Below, one piece after another: positions 41,501 through 51,441 of a DNA stretch of 61,290 nt. The stretch comes from Girardia tigrina (Eukaryota). The DNA lies in NCBI GenBank assembly GCA_001938485.1, contig MQRK01255000.1, positions 1 to 61,290 of the forward strand, written 5' to 3'. Position 1 is the stretch's first letter. Each line of letters starts with the position of its first letter. The notes beneath the pieces were generated by a model, which did no database searches, had not been told where the DNA came from, and worked only from the letters and a program-made list of their open reading frames with translations. The position numbers were made by a program, and so were the translations under genes.

Positions 41501-44500
41501 ATACTCTATGAATATATTTCAACTTATTTAACGGTGTTTAAATGCATTAAATTTCTTTTTTAAAGAATTTTTTATTTAAAATCAATAAAATGACGCATAT
41601 CCTTTAATTTATAACTTTATTTGAACTTTATTTTATTTTTATAATTTATATATTTTAGTTACCTTATCACAATGGTAAGAAAGTTATCCGAAAGTATTGT
41701 GCAAAATTTCAATTACAAGTTGTGACTTTTGCTGAAGAAACAAGTAATTTGCAAGCCGGAAAACATTTTGGTATTGATGAGAGCAATGTTCCCGCTAAGC
41801 TGCGCGCGTGCGTGCGCGCACCTTGTAGACTAAGAGCGCGCAGTTGTAAGATTTTTGCGCGCAGCAATAAAATACTTAGTAATTGTTAAAATTCTTTTTG
41901 AACAGTAATTAAAAAATTTTGAATTTTAATTTAATTGGATTATTTGAATAAATTTATTAGCAAATTAGACCAGTTAATTTTGTTAAATTGATATATTGAT
42001 AATTTATTCAATTTTAAATCAAAATCATTTAAATAAACAGACCATCATGTCCAACACAAAATTTGAATCGATTAGCAATGGGTCAAGGAACCGTGTATCT
42101 TTAAAATTTAAAGTTGAATGGCTTGAGGTGATCGTGATGACTCCAATCCCAACCTTTCGTGATATAAAACCAGTGAAACTCAACGAAATTTTTGACTATA
42201 TTGAAGAACAGGATGCTGTAAAATGTAAAATGTGTGCAGAAATAAAAGCGACCGGGGAATTCTCTTCTGGAAAACAATGGAGTGAGTGGAAACTGGATTA
42301 TCTCAAGTGGCATTTGATACAAAAAAAATCACCTAGAAGCTGTAGAAACAATTCGTAATCAACAAAATGGTGGAATATTTCGATTGATGCAAGAAACAGA
42401 GGAAGATCGAGAATCACGGCAAGAAACTTTCAAACGCAACCAAGCTTCAAAAGAAAAAATAAAGGTATTAATTGACAACGTTATTTTAGCCATAAAAATT
42501 AATACATCCATTAATGCCGTTCAAGGCATTAATGAACATATGTCAAAATATATTTCTTCATTACCAGAAAACTGAAAAGGAAAAAATTATGCTTTCGAAT
42601 TTATTGAATGTATTATTAATGTTCTTCAAAATCAGCAAATGAGAGAACTAAGGGCAGCAAATTATCATTGTTTTATAATAGATGAAAGCATGGACATAAC
42701 AGTTCATAAAATGTTAGTTATGTATATCAAGTATCGATTTGAGAATAAATACAAAACTATTTTTGCTGGAATTCAGGAGCTTACAACATGTGATGCTGAT
42801 TCTATTGTGGCGACAATAAAAAACTTTTTCCAAGTATATAATTTAGACCTGAATAAAATGGTAATGTAACGCCTGACGGAGCAGTGTAATGCTAGGAGTG
42901 CACCATAGCGTAGCTGCGATTTTACTCCGAAAAATAAAACACTTAGTAGTTCAACATTGTGTAGCTCATCGAAAAGATTTAGGAATAGATGACGCATGGA
43001 AAAATAACATTCAGATGAAAGAGATAAATACGTTACTGAAAACTGTTTGTACTATTTTTCATCGTTCGTCTCTAAAAAAGCAACAAATTTCAAGAATTGA
43101 CATCTGTTTTAAATTGTGATGTTTTTTCGTTCAGACCACTCAATGAAGTACGATGGCTTTCTCGTCAATTTGCAATAGCTCCTATCGTTAGAAACTATGA
43201 TGTGCTTATCCAATATTTTGAGAAATATGTAGATAAAAATAATGATCCAATCTCAAAATACTGTTTACGTGCCCTAAAAAGTGATACTAACCATTTCACC
43301 ATATTGATTTTAAACGATATTTTGAACGAACTCGGGAAACTTTGTAAGTTTCTACAAAAAGGCAAATTGTCACCAATGGAAGCCAATGAATACGTAAAGA
43401 CGGTAATTAGCAGAATGAAGATTCAATACCTTTGGGATAAAGCCTTCTGTAGCCGAGAAGCGGAAATTATTTTATCCAAACCATAAGATGAAAAAAAAAC
43501 TAGATTGTTCACACATTATTAAATTTATTAGTGATTTATGTAATCATCTGGCAAGGTGCTTTCCATCGGAAGAGATGAGAAAATGGTCTGCTTTTGATTA
43601 CAATGCGATCGCAACCAACGTAACAGATTTTACTTTTGGGCGAGCAAACGTACAAGCTCTCATTAGTAAGTATTCTGAAATTCATTATGTGAGCAACGAT
43701 GAACGAGAGGATATATTGGAAGAATACTCATCATTTAAGTTTTTAGTTGCCGAGAAACTAAAAGAAAAAAACAGCCAAAGATTTTAATAGCATGTTATCG
43801 ATCGGCTCCAGCAATGACGAGTTTACTAAAATGGCGTATGTAGTCGAAATATGCGGGACATTTCAAGCCAACAGTGCGGATTGTGAAAGAGGGTTTAGTA
43901 TTATGAATACGATTAAGTCGAAGATAAGAAACCGTCTCGAAATGTCACATCTCGACTGTTTAATGAGAATTAAATTGCAACTAAATGCTGGTATAGAAAT
44001 TGATTTAGATGCGGTTTATAACTTTTGAAGTAAGAATAAATGTCAGCATGAAGAAAATTAAATTTCAAATATTTAAAATGAAAATTTTCTGTCTTTTATA
44101 TTTAAAATAAATTAAATTTTTATATAATTATGAACTATGCGCTCAGTTTTTTTTATCTACAAAAAGCATTGCGCACAAGTTTTTTTGAGCGCAGCTGAAA
44201 AAAAAATTAGAGGGTGAGAGTAATATCCGAAATTGGTGAAAGCAAAAAGAAAAATTAGAGAAGATGCCTTCATACAAATGTGCTAATAGAGGTTCAAATT
44301 GTACGTGGTCACATATAGAAAATAAAGTGGCTATATCATAACAAGAAATGCAATAAGACTTTTTGCCATTAAGTTAGCTCGCAGTGAAGGAATTTCAGAA
44401 TTCATCGCTTCGCCAGGTTGGTGTACACGTTTTATGAATAGGTGCAACTTAGTCCTTAGACGAAAAACAAAGATAGCACAAAAATTGCCCAAAGACTTAA

Positions 44501-47500
44501 ATGAGAAAGTGTTTGCATTTCATAAGTACGTAATTAATTGCTTGAAAGAAAATATGTATGATTAAGCAAACATCGGCAACATGGATGAGACTCCAGTTTG
44601 GTTCGATATGCCTTCCAATTTTACTGTCAACAAATGTGGTGAGAAGACAGTATTTGTTAGGATAACAGGGCATGAAAAGACACACTTTACAGTGGTTTTA
44701 AGTTGCTTAGCAAATGGTAAAAAATTAAATCCAATAGTGATTTTCAAGCGAAAGTTAATGTCAAAGGAAGACTTTCCTAAAGGAATTATTGTTCATGTGA
44801 ATCCAAAGGGATGGATGGACGAAGAAGGGTGCAAGATTTGGCTTCACAAAGTTTGGCAGCAAAGACTGGAAGGTTTACAAAATACGAAGAGCTTGTTAGT
44901 TTGGGATATGTTCCGTTCCCATCAAGTAAAAGGTGTTAAAAAATGCGTGCACGAGTCCAACACAGATCTAGTAGTTATTCCAGGTGGCCTAACGAGTATT
45001 CTACAACTTCTTGATGTGTCATTAAATAGGTCATTCAAAGACAAAATGCGTGATAAATGGAGCACATGGATGCTAGACGGTGAAAAAACGTTTACTAAAG
45101 GAGGGATCAACTGTGCGGCCAGTGGGCATACTTCTACGTAGTATCCCTGAGTAACTAGAGATCTCGGTCTCTAGGCTAAAGTGTCCAAGTGCTAGCCTTT
45201 CATTGCGGAACAGCCGGCAATAGATCGTATTCAGGAATGGGCCAGCAATCCATTCACTAGGCTACGCTTTACAATTTGGGTGTGAAGGCTGTGGGGAGTA
45301 GTGACCCCGCTGTCGATGGTTGGATTGCATCTTAATGATCTTGGATGAATCAATCCCGGTGAAGGGTGTCGTAATGACGTCTTTGCATCTGCGGACAGGC
45401 GGAACAAAGGCATGGATCCCAACATTGGGGGAGTGCCCGTTGAGAACCATCAGCGTCCCAGACCTCCTATAAAGCCTCAGGCTTAATACCGGAAAGGAGT
45501 AGAGGTGCACTAAAGGAGGACTTATGAAAGCTCCAACACTATCAAAACTTTGTACGTGGGTGAAAGAATCTTGGGATGCGATTGATGAAAAACGTGTAAT
45601 TAAAGCATTCAAGAAATGTGGAATTTCTAATTCTCTAGATGGTACATAAGATGATCTTTTATATCAGAGTTCCGAGAGTTCCGAGAGTGATAGAAGCAGA
45701 GTAGAAGATAATGTTTATGATGACGTAATTAATTCTGAAGAATTCAGGGACTTATTTTCAAGTTTAGGAATTGATACTGAAGATTGTGTTGATTAGATTT
45801 TCAATTTAATAAATGGTTTTACAACAATGAAGTTTATTTGATGAACTTTTCACAAAAAAATTTTTCTGTATCTCGTGTATAATGCGACCGCAAATTTTTG
45901 ATGTAAAAAATGAAGAAAAATTGTCGCACGATACGCGAGTATATACTATAAGTATATATATTATTATTTTTTTCTCAATAACTTTGGCTCGATAATAAAA
46001 AATTGAATTAATATTCATTATAATAAAATCGATAGTTAAAATAAGTACAGAAAATAATTTATGAAAGTACTATTTGTGATTTTATTTACTGATTTACCTT
46101 AGTCTTATCAAAATAATTTAAAAACTTTGGATAAAAAAATCAAACCAAACATGACCCGTTTTAAGAATATTAATACTCTCCAAATATATTAATTTATTTG
46201 TAACATTTTATTTATACATCGGACATTTTCATTATAAAATGCCGTATTTCAACAAAATAGACGATTATATAGAAATATAAATTTAATTTTAAGAGAAAAT
46301 CGATTTTCGTTTTTTTTGACAAAAGATATAATTAAAATGATCAAATATTAACGGAAAATTAAAAAATAAACAAATTTTAACATTGAAAACAGAATCAATA
46401 ATTTTAACATTAAATTTTCAGTTATAATTTCTTGAAGTATTTGAAAATTGTCAAATATTAATACTGAAGTAAATATTATTTTTAAGAATTAAATCTAAAT
46501 AATTTATTAAATATTGAAAAAAATAGAAAGTTTTTTTTAATAAAATCAAAACAATAGACACCAAATCAATTTATATGAAGATAATCTACACAAACGAGTG
46601 TCCAACACACGGCTAAAGTCTAATTGTTTCTATTGATTAATACTATCAAACCATTGGGTATCCATAACCAAATTTACCCAAATTTTTTTTCTGCTATTTT
46701 TTAACAATATTTTTTAAATATTTAATAAATTGAAAATTTAAATATTTCAGTTGAAATTTTAATGATAAAAAATTAATTCTGTTAAATTAAGAGTTATTTT
46801 TAATTATTTTCCGTTAATATTTGATAATTTTAATTATATTTTTTTCAAAAAAAAGAAAACGAAAATCAATTTACTCTTCTTAAAATTAAATTAATATATT
46901 TTGAAAATAAAGAAGAATGTTTTTAGAAAAATATGTATCGTAATAATTTAATAAATCTTTTAAAAATTATAAAAAAAATATTAGAAATAAATTTCTAATA
47001 AATCCCAGATCATAAAGACATTTTAACAACTTAAATGAAGATAATGTACAAAAGCGAATATCCAACAGTTTCCATTGATTTAAACTTTTGGGGACTCAAC
47101 AAAATATCCTAAATTAATTTTAAGAAAGGAAAATTGATTTTCATTTATTTTTGACAAAAAAATATACCCTAATTTCTTGTGTATAACCCGCGGGTTATAC
47201 GAGAAAAAAAGTAAGTTTTCCCGAAAATTCGAGGATGTGGGTTATACTTTTCATATAAATTTTTGATATTTTTATTGTGCGGGTTATACATTGGTGCGGG
47301 TTATATGCAAGAAATTAGGGTAATTAAAATAATCAAATATTAACGAAAAATTAAAAAAATTTTTTCAAAATTAAATCTAAATAATTTAATGAATACTTCA
47401 AAAAATCATTAAAAAATTTTTTTAATAAAGCCGAAACCAAAAAACAACAAAACCCCAGTCAAATTGTATCCATTGACAGACACTCTCAAGCCTATGGGAA

Positions 47501-48011
47501 CCCACAACCAAATAAACCCCAGTTAATTTTAATTGTAAAAATAATTTTAAAAAACCAAAATTTCTTTTTTTTAAATTTCCAAATTCAAATTTTAAATTCA
47601 AATTTGAATTGAAATGATAAAGTGAACAATTAAAGAAGATATAGTCGAACCCGATAACAGAACCGTTTGCCGTAGCACAGCGAGTGGTGGATCGGGATCA
47701 CCTTCGACACCGAATCGAATCCGATCGACTCGCGAGTCTTGCCCAAGACATGGACGAACGAGATGGTGCGGTCCTCGCGATTGATGTGCTGATTGGCGGC
47801 GTATACGATCCGATAGTTCTCGTTGATCAGTCTCGTTGTCTTCGTGGACACCTCGAGCAGTTCGTCTGTCGAGTTCGAGAAACTCCTGAGAGAAATTATC
47901 GAATGGTTTTTGTGTTCATAATTAATAATAATAATAATCAGTATTCAATCGCGATCTCACTTACGGATTGAGGGAAATATTCCTGTTGACTTGAACACAA
48001 CACAAGCTCAT
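19648..48011 (-). CDS. Multi-exon Ras GTPase-activating protein, SynGAP/DAB2IP/RASAL2 family (PH-C2-RasGAP-coiled coil)
   Basis: Hand-spliced exons, all GT-AG and phase-compatible: 48011-47965, 47885-47651, 37176-37091, 31834-31733, 31687-31589, 31547-31462, 31409-30981, 29488-29412, 29369-29173, 28132-27937, 23442-23183, 23141-23066, 20059-19964, 19920-19648. Total 2259 nt, 752 aa. Motifs: PIHHSL..FCYR, CTSQAERD (PH); YCEIQLDSLIYART, FWGEEF, EKWY (C2); LILRGNS (Arg finger), FFLRLVCPAIMTP, AKCVQNIANF (GAP). Junctions between 23183 and 20059 are less certain. Confidence 0.9.
21725..22331 (-). mobile_element. pogo/Tigger-family deletion derivative
   Basis: TA-flanked TIRs CCGTATTTATCGGACTATAA; only the transposase C-terminus remains (ICDWIVKCWEEV..CIKNGFKKAGI plus acidic tail). 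Confidence 0.9.
23066..23442 (-). CDS. RasGAP exon(s), end of GAP domain
   Basis: tttgtag acceptor; VAKCVQNIANFASIDDTKETYM...YIDYYLSELS. Homology continues (FETVFEIITDVQT) only after a frame change, explained by a 41-nt intron (23142-23182) or an indel. Confidence 0.8.
23606..25027 (+). mobile_element. Tc1/mariner DD37D (maT-type) transposon, degenerate
   Basis: TA-flanked TIRs (right CAGGGTACCCAGTAGAAAACCAAAGGATTTTATG; left lacks 12 nt); DGAKQH...PSNSPNLNVMYYSIWG with 37 residues between the second D and the mutated third D position. Confidence 0.85.
26562..26593. repeat. (TA)n microsatellite at gap edge
   Basis: Directly visible. Confidence 0.9.
27937..28132 (-). CDS. RasGAP exon with FLR motif
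   Basis: RVRAVFSKIR...VVSACFFLRLVCPAIMTPYLFQLLPEY...RSFTL; phases match both neighbours. Confidence 0.92.
29173..29488 (-). CDS. RasGAP catalytic-domain exons including the arginine finger
   Basis: LILRGNSMASKSIECFLKL, then a 42-nt intron (29370-29411), then YLKKILLSTIKEIMHTSKDLEIDQ...IFGSLEIIPK; GTAAGT donor. Confidence 0.9.
30117..30198 (-). repeat. 82-bp intronic duplicate of RasGAP FLR-exon segment 27966-28047
   Basis: Ungapped alignment with 6 mismatches; CAA>TAA stop in the copy. Confidence 0.9.
30981..31834 (-). CDS. RasGAP C2-domain exon cluster and start of GAP domain (4 exons)
   Basis: Exons 31834-31733, 31687-31589, 31547-31462 and 31409-30981, separated by 45-, 41- and 52-nt GT-AG introns; IQEARNL, YYCEIQLD, FWGEEFD, TEKWY, EFLSDLIVRE. 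Confidence 0.9.
34656..35230. repeat. Long inverted repeat / foldback (about 243-bp arms, 90-bp spacer)
   Basis: 34656-34898 is the reverse complement of 34989-35230 with only about 4 differences. Confidence 0.93.
35715..36390 (-). mobile_element. mariner transposase remnant
   Basis: TVSRWFRKF, KWIPHEL, IT*DENWI.YDN, KKLMVSVCWS motifs; internal deletion; no TIRs found. Confidence 0.85.
37091..37176 (-). CDS. RasGAP exon, PH-domain C-terminal strand/helix
   Basis: tttttag acceptor; IITIGSPREAKSYVFNCTSQAERDYCIKE resembles CFSCRSAAERDKW; not in the ORF track. Confidence 0.85.
37527..38320 (+). repeat. ~100-bp direct repeat pair (about 37527-37627 and 38218-38320)
   Basis: Near-identical AATACTTTTGTAATAATAATC...GTGTATACAACTCGGTATTG segments. 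Confidence 0.75.
38350..40217 (-). mobile_element. LTR retrotransposon fragment (RT tail, RNase H, integrase, 3' LTR)
   Basis: HINLAELEAVLK, CDSATV, LSCDITH, LLCDNG, YRPSGNCIVERNH; 3' LTR 38458-38350 (TG...CA); a ~40-bp piece of the same LTR at 40177-40217. Confidence 0.88.
41784..44214 (+). mobile_element. hAT transposon (ZNF862-like transposase), degenerate, nested in pogo
   Basis: Left TIR CAATGTTCCCGCTAA; truncated right TIR TTAGAGGG; TSD remnant TGAGAG (41778-41783, 44215-44220); IIDESMD, HCVAHR, EVRWLSR, SADCERGFS..KSKIRNRL motifs in fragmented ORFs. Confidence 0.92.
45101..45187 (+). ncRNA. HDV-like self-cleaving ribozyme (predicted)
   Basis: P1 GAGGGAU/AUCCCUG, P2 UGGGCAU/GUGUCCA, P3 ACU/AGU, L3 UCUACGU, P1.1 CU/AG, UAA junction, P4 CUAGAGAU-CUCG-GUCUCUAG, J4/2 GCUAAA with catalytic C45176. 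Deviations: G1 opposite G, and one extra A in J4/2. Confidence 0.8.
45105..45508 (+). mobile_element. 404-bp non-autonomous retroposon (SINE-like, probably RTE-related)
   Basis: Interrupts the pogo ORF at TKGG|LMKAP; flanked by the 11-bp direct repeat ACTAAAGGAGG (45094-45104, 45509-45519); no TIR or LTR; GC-rich relative to the host. Confidence 0.85.
46280..47530. repeat. AT-rich composite repeat (two direct copies and one inverted copy)
   Basis: The AAT.GATTTTC..TTTTTGACAAAA..TATAATTAAAAT.ATCAAATATTAACG.AAAATTAAAA unit occurs near 46290 and 47120 (direct) and 46800-46890 (inverted). Confidence 0.7.
47167..47320. mobile_element. pogo/Tigger-type MITE (154 bp)
   Basis: TA TSD; TIR CCCTAATTTCTTG.(G/A)TATAACCCGC; four G(C/T)GGGTTATA motifs. 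Confidence 0.88.
47651..47885 (-). CDS. RasGAP exon 2 (N-terminal part of PH domain)
   Basis: tttctctcag acceptor; KVIPIHHSLCYGKRFCYR resembles family motif KPVHSSILGQDYCFE; phase-0 donor joins 37176. Confidence 0.85.
47965..48011 (-). CDS. RasGAP putative first coding exon (MSLCCVQVNRNISLNP)
   Basis: ATG at 48011, strong GTAAGT donor, and a 79-nt intron in phase with the next exon. Confidence 0.7.
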
Positions 48012-49514
48012 TTTGTCATTTTTATTTCGATTTTATTTCAAAATCACAAAAAAATACAAATCAATGTTAAAATTCCTTCATTGCATAAATTATCAAAACA
48101 ACCGTTTCTGATTGTTATTACTCATTAATTACGTCACTGATCAATAGATAGCTGTACCTAGTGTGTGTCTATCGTGGTGTGTCCTTATTGTGCGTGTGTT
48201 TGTCTGGTTTGTGTGCATTAGTATGTGTTTCATGTGTTTGTGTGTTCTGACTGAAATAGTACTTATAACTGTCGATTCTTTGTGTGTAAGAATGACTTTT
48301 TTCATTATTTTTATGTATACATATACTTATATTTATTTATTTTTATCTAGGCTTGAAAAAAACTATTAAGTTAATTTTTCCTTTTTCATTAATAATTTTC
48401 TCATTATTATATTTTAATTAAATTTGAATTATCGAATATTTTTATTAAAAAAATTTAAAATTGGTTTAGTTATTTTCAAATTTGAATATTTAAAAATAAA
48501 AATTCACCGTAAAAGATTTCCATGTCGAAAATGAGGAATATGTGTGTATGACGTTCGAGAAGTTTTCTGAATTTTCAAATTTCAAATCAAAATAATTTTT
48601 GAATTTGAGTTTTACTCGATGTGGACTGTCGGGTTCGTTAATGGAATTCGAGGATGGGAATCCGATTTGTGGGTGTCTGCTGTATTTCAGGAAGTCTTTG
48701 GCATTCTTTTTCATTCTACAATGCGAAAGGTCTTTTAAAAATCATTGGATAATTAAATATGAATTTTCCTTTGGTTGTTTATCTCCCTGTAATTAAAATC
48801 TTATCTAATCTTTTCAAGTCTGGTTTTAATTTAATGTCATTTTCAATATTTACTTGAAATTATGATTTTGATGAGCTAAAAAATTCAAATTTTATGTTAA
48901 AACTTGAACATTTTTGTTTTTAAAAAATTTATGCGACAAATATTTATATTGCATATAATTTTTTAATATTTACTCTCTTTCGTGCACGATAATGATACAC
49001 AGAATGCCAGATATTTGTTAATGATTGAGATCTAATTTGTAACTGTAAAAATCTCTGACTTTAATAAAAGCATTTTCATCTCAATTCATTTCCTAATGTT
49101 ACTTATGGATTAACACTTTCGGGCGCTAAAAACCGCATTATACTTGCGCTACAGGCCAGTGATCTTTACAAAAATAGAGCAGTTTTTTAATTTTTCAAAA
49201 TCGTATAAAATAGCATGAAGAGTGGTGAAAACCAATAATTTTCTGATTCTTTTACTTATGGCAATGATCGTTTATGAACAGTCAAAGAATTATTTATACG
49301 TTGAAACATGAGTAAAGAGTTTCACTACGAAGTATAAATGCCAATAGTAAATGTTGAAACAATCACATGCAAGCAAAGGTATTTTAAATGATTTGCATAT
49401 AAAAGCATGTATTAAAGCTTTTAAAATTTATTTATGAAACGAAATATACTAGAACATGTATAAAACATATGAAACAAACTAAAACACAAATAAAAATTGA
49501 AGATATACACTCGT

Positions 49515-50567
49515 GTCTTGCGGTTCATTCCTGTTTTTTGGTGGCAACTTCTCTGTTCAGATTGATTAATTGCTCTCTATAATGAACCGCCGTAACAGTT
49601 TCGTCAGGTTTCAGAAGTTCATAATACAAAATACCCTTCTATCCCACCATATGCAGAGGAGCACATTTTTTCCATGATGTTATGCTTGGCACCTTTCATG
49701 GGTCTGTAGATAATCTCTTTCGTTTTGGATTATCGAAATAAATGTACTTTTCATCACCAGTGATAATTCGATGCATGAATGACTTGCGTTGCTGCCGATC
49801 AAGTAAAAGTTCGCTCGTTGTTCTTCAATTTTCTTGCTGGCGTTCAGTCAATTCATGCGGCAACCATCGTCCTTCTTTCTGAATCTTGCCATGTCATGCA
49901 AGCGATTTGAAATTGTTTTCTGAGTCACACCTAACGCGATAGCTAATTTTTTGTACGTTTGGGCATCATCTTCATCAAGTAAGGCTTGCAGTTCATTGTC
50001 TTCAAACTGCTTTGTTGATCTATCGCGGTCTTTGTTGCTCAGATCACAATCACCTTCTCTGAACCACTTAAACCATTTCTGACAGGCTCTGACAGTGATT
50101 GTATCTTCACCATATACTTCAGCAATCATTTTTTGAGAATCGATGGAACTTTTCCTCGAGTTAAACATGAATAAAAGAACTTCCTGTAATTTCTCTTTTG
50201 TTGGAGCTTGGGTGGTCATATATAAAATTACAATAAAATTTTATATGCTAATTTTTTTTTAAAAATTCAAAAAGTATTAGATAGCGATTAACCCATTAAT
50301 GTCGAGAATTATGTAATATGAATTTTTCATAATTTTCCATAATTTTCATAACTTTTCATAATGTGTTCCGTATGTGTTCTGAACCTTCAGAGTACACACC
50401 TTATCAACGAAACATAGCTAAATGCAATGTCTTTACTTTTACAGCCATTTTTATTAGCTGGGCACGAATGTTCCCGTTCGGTGTTAATGGGTTAAAACAC
50501 TCTACATAATAGATACAAACAAAAATTTCAGACAAAATGAAACGAACTTTCATACTTGTACACCTAA
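49515..50567 (-). mobile_element. mariner (Mos1-like) transposon, 3'-truncated
   Basis: TA plus TTAGGTGTACAAGTATGAAA TIR at 50567; ORF 50219-49848 (EVYGE, CQKWFKWFREGD, ELQALLDEDDAQT), WLPHEL, HRIITGDEK, LCIWWD. Confidence 0.88.
50292..50491. mobile_element. TTAA-specific (piggyBac-like) MITE nested in the mariner 5' UTR
   Basis: TTAA on both sides; CCCATTAA termini. Confidence 0.78.
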
Positions 50568-51003
50568 TATATGTGATGAAGCATTTTCATCTCTAATAAT
50601 ATTGCGGTATTAATAACGTTTCTTCCCTTTATTTCTCAAGAGAAAACTTTTTTCAACAAAATTCATATAATAGAGTAATAAAATTTTAGGATAACTAATA
50701 AATGTTGGAAAGTTTTTATCAATCCAAAGGCTAAAGTATTTCTTCACCACAAATGATTCAGAAAGTTGCTCAAAAAACAAGAATCGAACTGTGTGTATTG
50801 ATTTTAATATATATTATTTCGTATCAAGGACTTTTTAACACCAATCACCGAATTTGGATTTAATAAAATAAACTAAAATATGAATTTGGAGAAGACCATA
50901 CGTCATCTATTGATTTAAATTTTCTGAAACGTTTATAACACTGGTTTTCCAACTTTCTTTTCAGAGAAACAATTTTTCAGCATAATCATACAATCATAAT
51001 ATG

Positions 51004-51441
51004 CAGGTCCGTAGCTAACCAGGGGTTAGAAGGGGCATGGCCCCCTCAAAAAAGTTTTTAAAAAAGTTTTAATGGACCGGTTTAAGGAAAATGTATATAT
51101 CCTCATGTACATTGATTAATAAAGTTTTTCTCATTTTTATGAACAACACCCAGTTATTCCATATAAATACAATAACTTTTGATTTCCAAGCCGGAGAAAT
51201 TTTCAAAAACACACAGGAAAACAATATATAGTAAGCAAATTTTACAAATTACAGACTTTATTTAAAATGTGTGTTTGACATAAAAATTAAACATGACATT
51301 GACATAAGTGATTAGAATTACAACAATTGATTATGTAATACAAAAAGAAAGTCTGATATATACCATAGATATAAAGTTCATTCGTGCCTCCTCTGAATTT
51401 CAGGTGGCCCTTTCATGAAACTGAGGTTAGCTACGGGTCTG
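51004..51441. mobile_element. hAT-type MITE
   Basis: TIRs CAGGTCCGTAGCTAACC / GGTTAGCTACGGGTCTG; 8-bp flanks ATAATATG/ATAATTTG. Confidence 0.82.

Larger units (their letters stand above)
41338..45948 (+). mobile_element. pogo-family (POGK-like) transposon carrying two nested insertions
   Basis: TA plus TIR CCGTATATACTCGCGTAT and a decayed right TIR; Brinker-type DBD (FQLQVVTFAEETSNLQAGKHFGIDE), ASPGWCTRFMNR, MDETP, LLVWDMFRSH, IPGGLTSILQLLDV, AFKKCGISNSLDG. Confidence 0.92.

Noticed and set aside
45450-45508. Twister-like CCGGUAUUAAGCC on the minus strand
   Set aside because: No UAA cleavage junction and no complementary pseudoknot partner; better explained as the element's 3' end.
47684-47971. 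Plus-strand ORF (likewise 19622-19855, 38560-38883, 39264-39830, 12043-12375)
   Set aside because: Antisense shadows of real coding sequence on the other strand.
48490-48714. Possible additional upstream RasGAP exon (MKKNAKDFLK...)
   Set aside because: Its phase-0 donor is incompatible with the exon-2 acceptor, and no homology was recognised.
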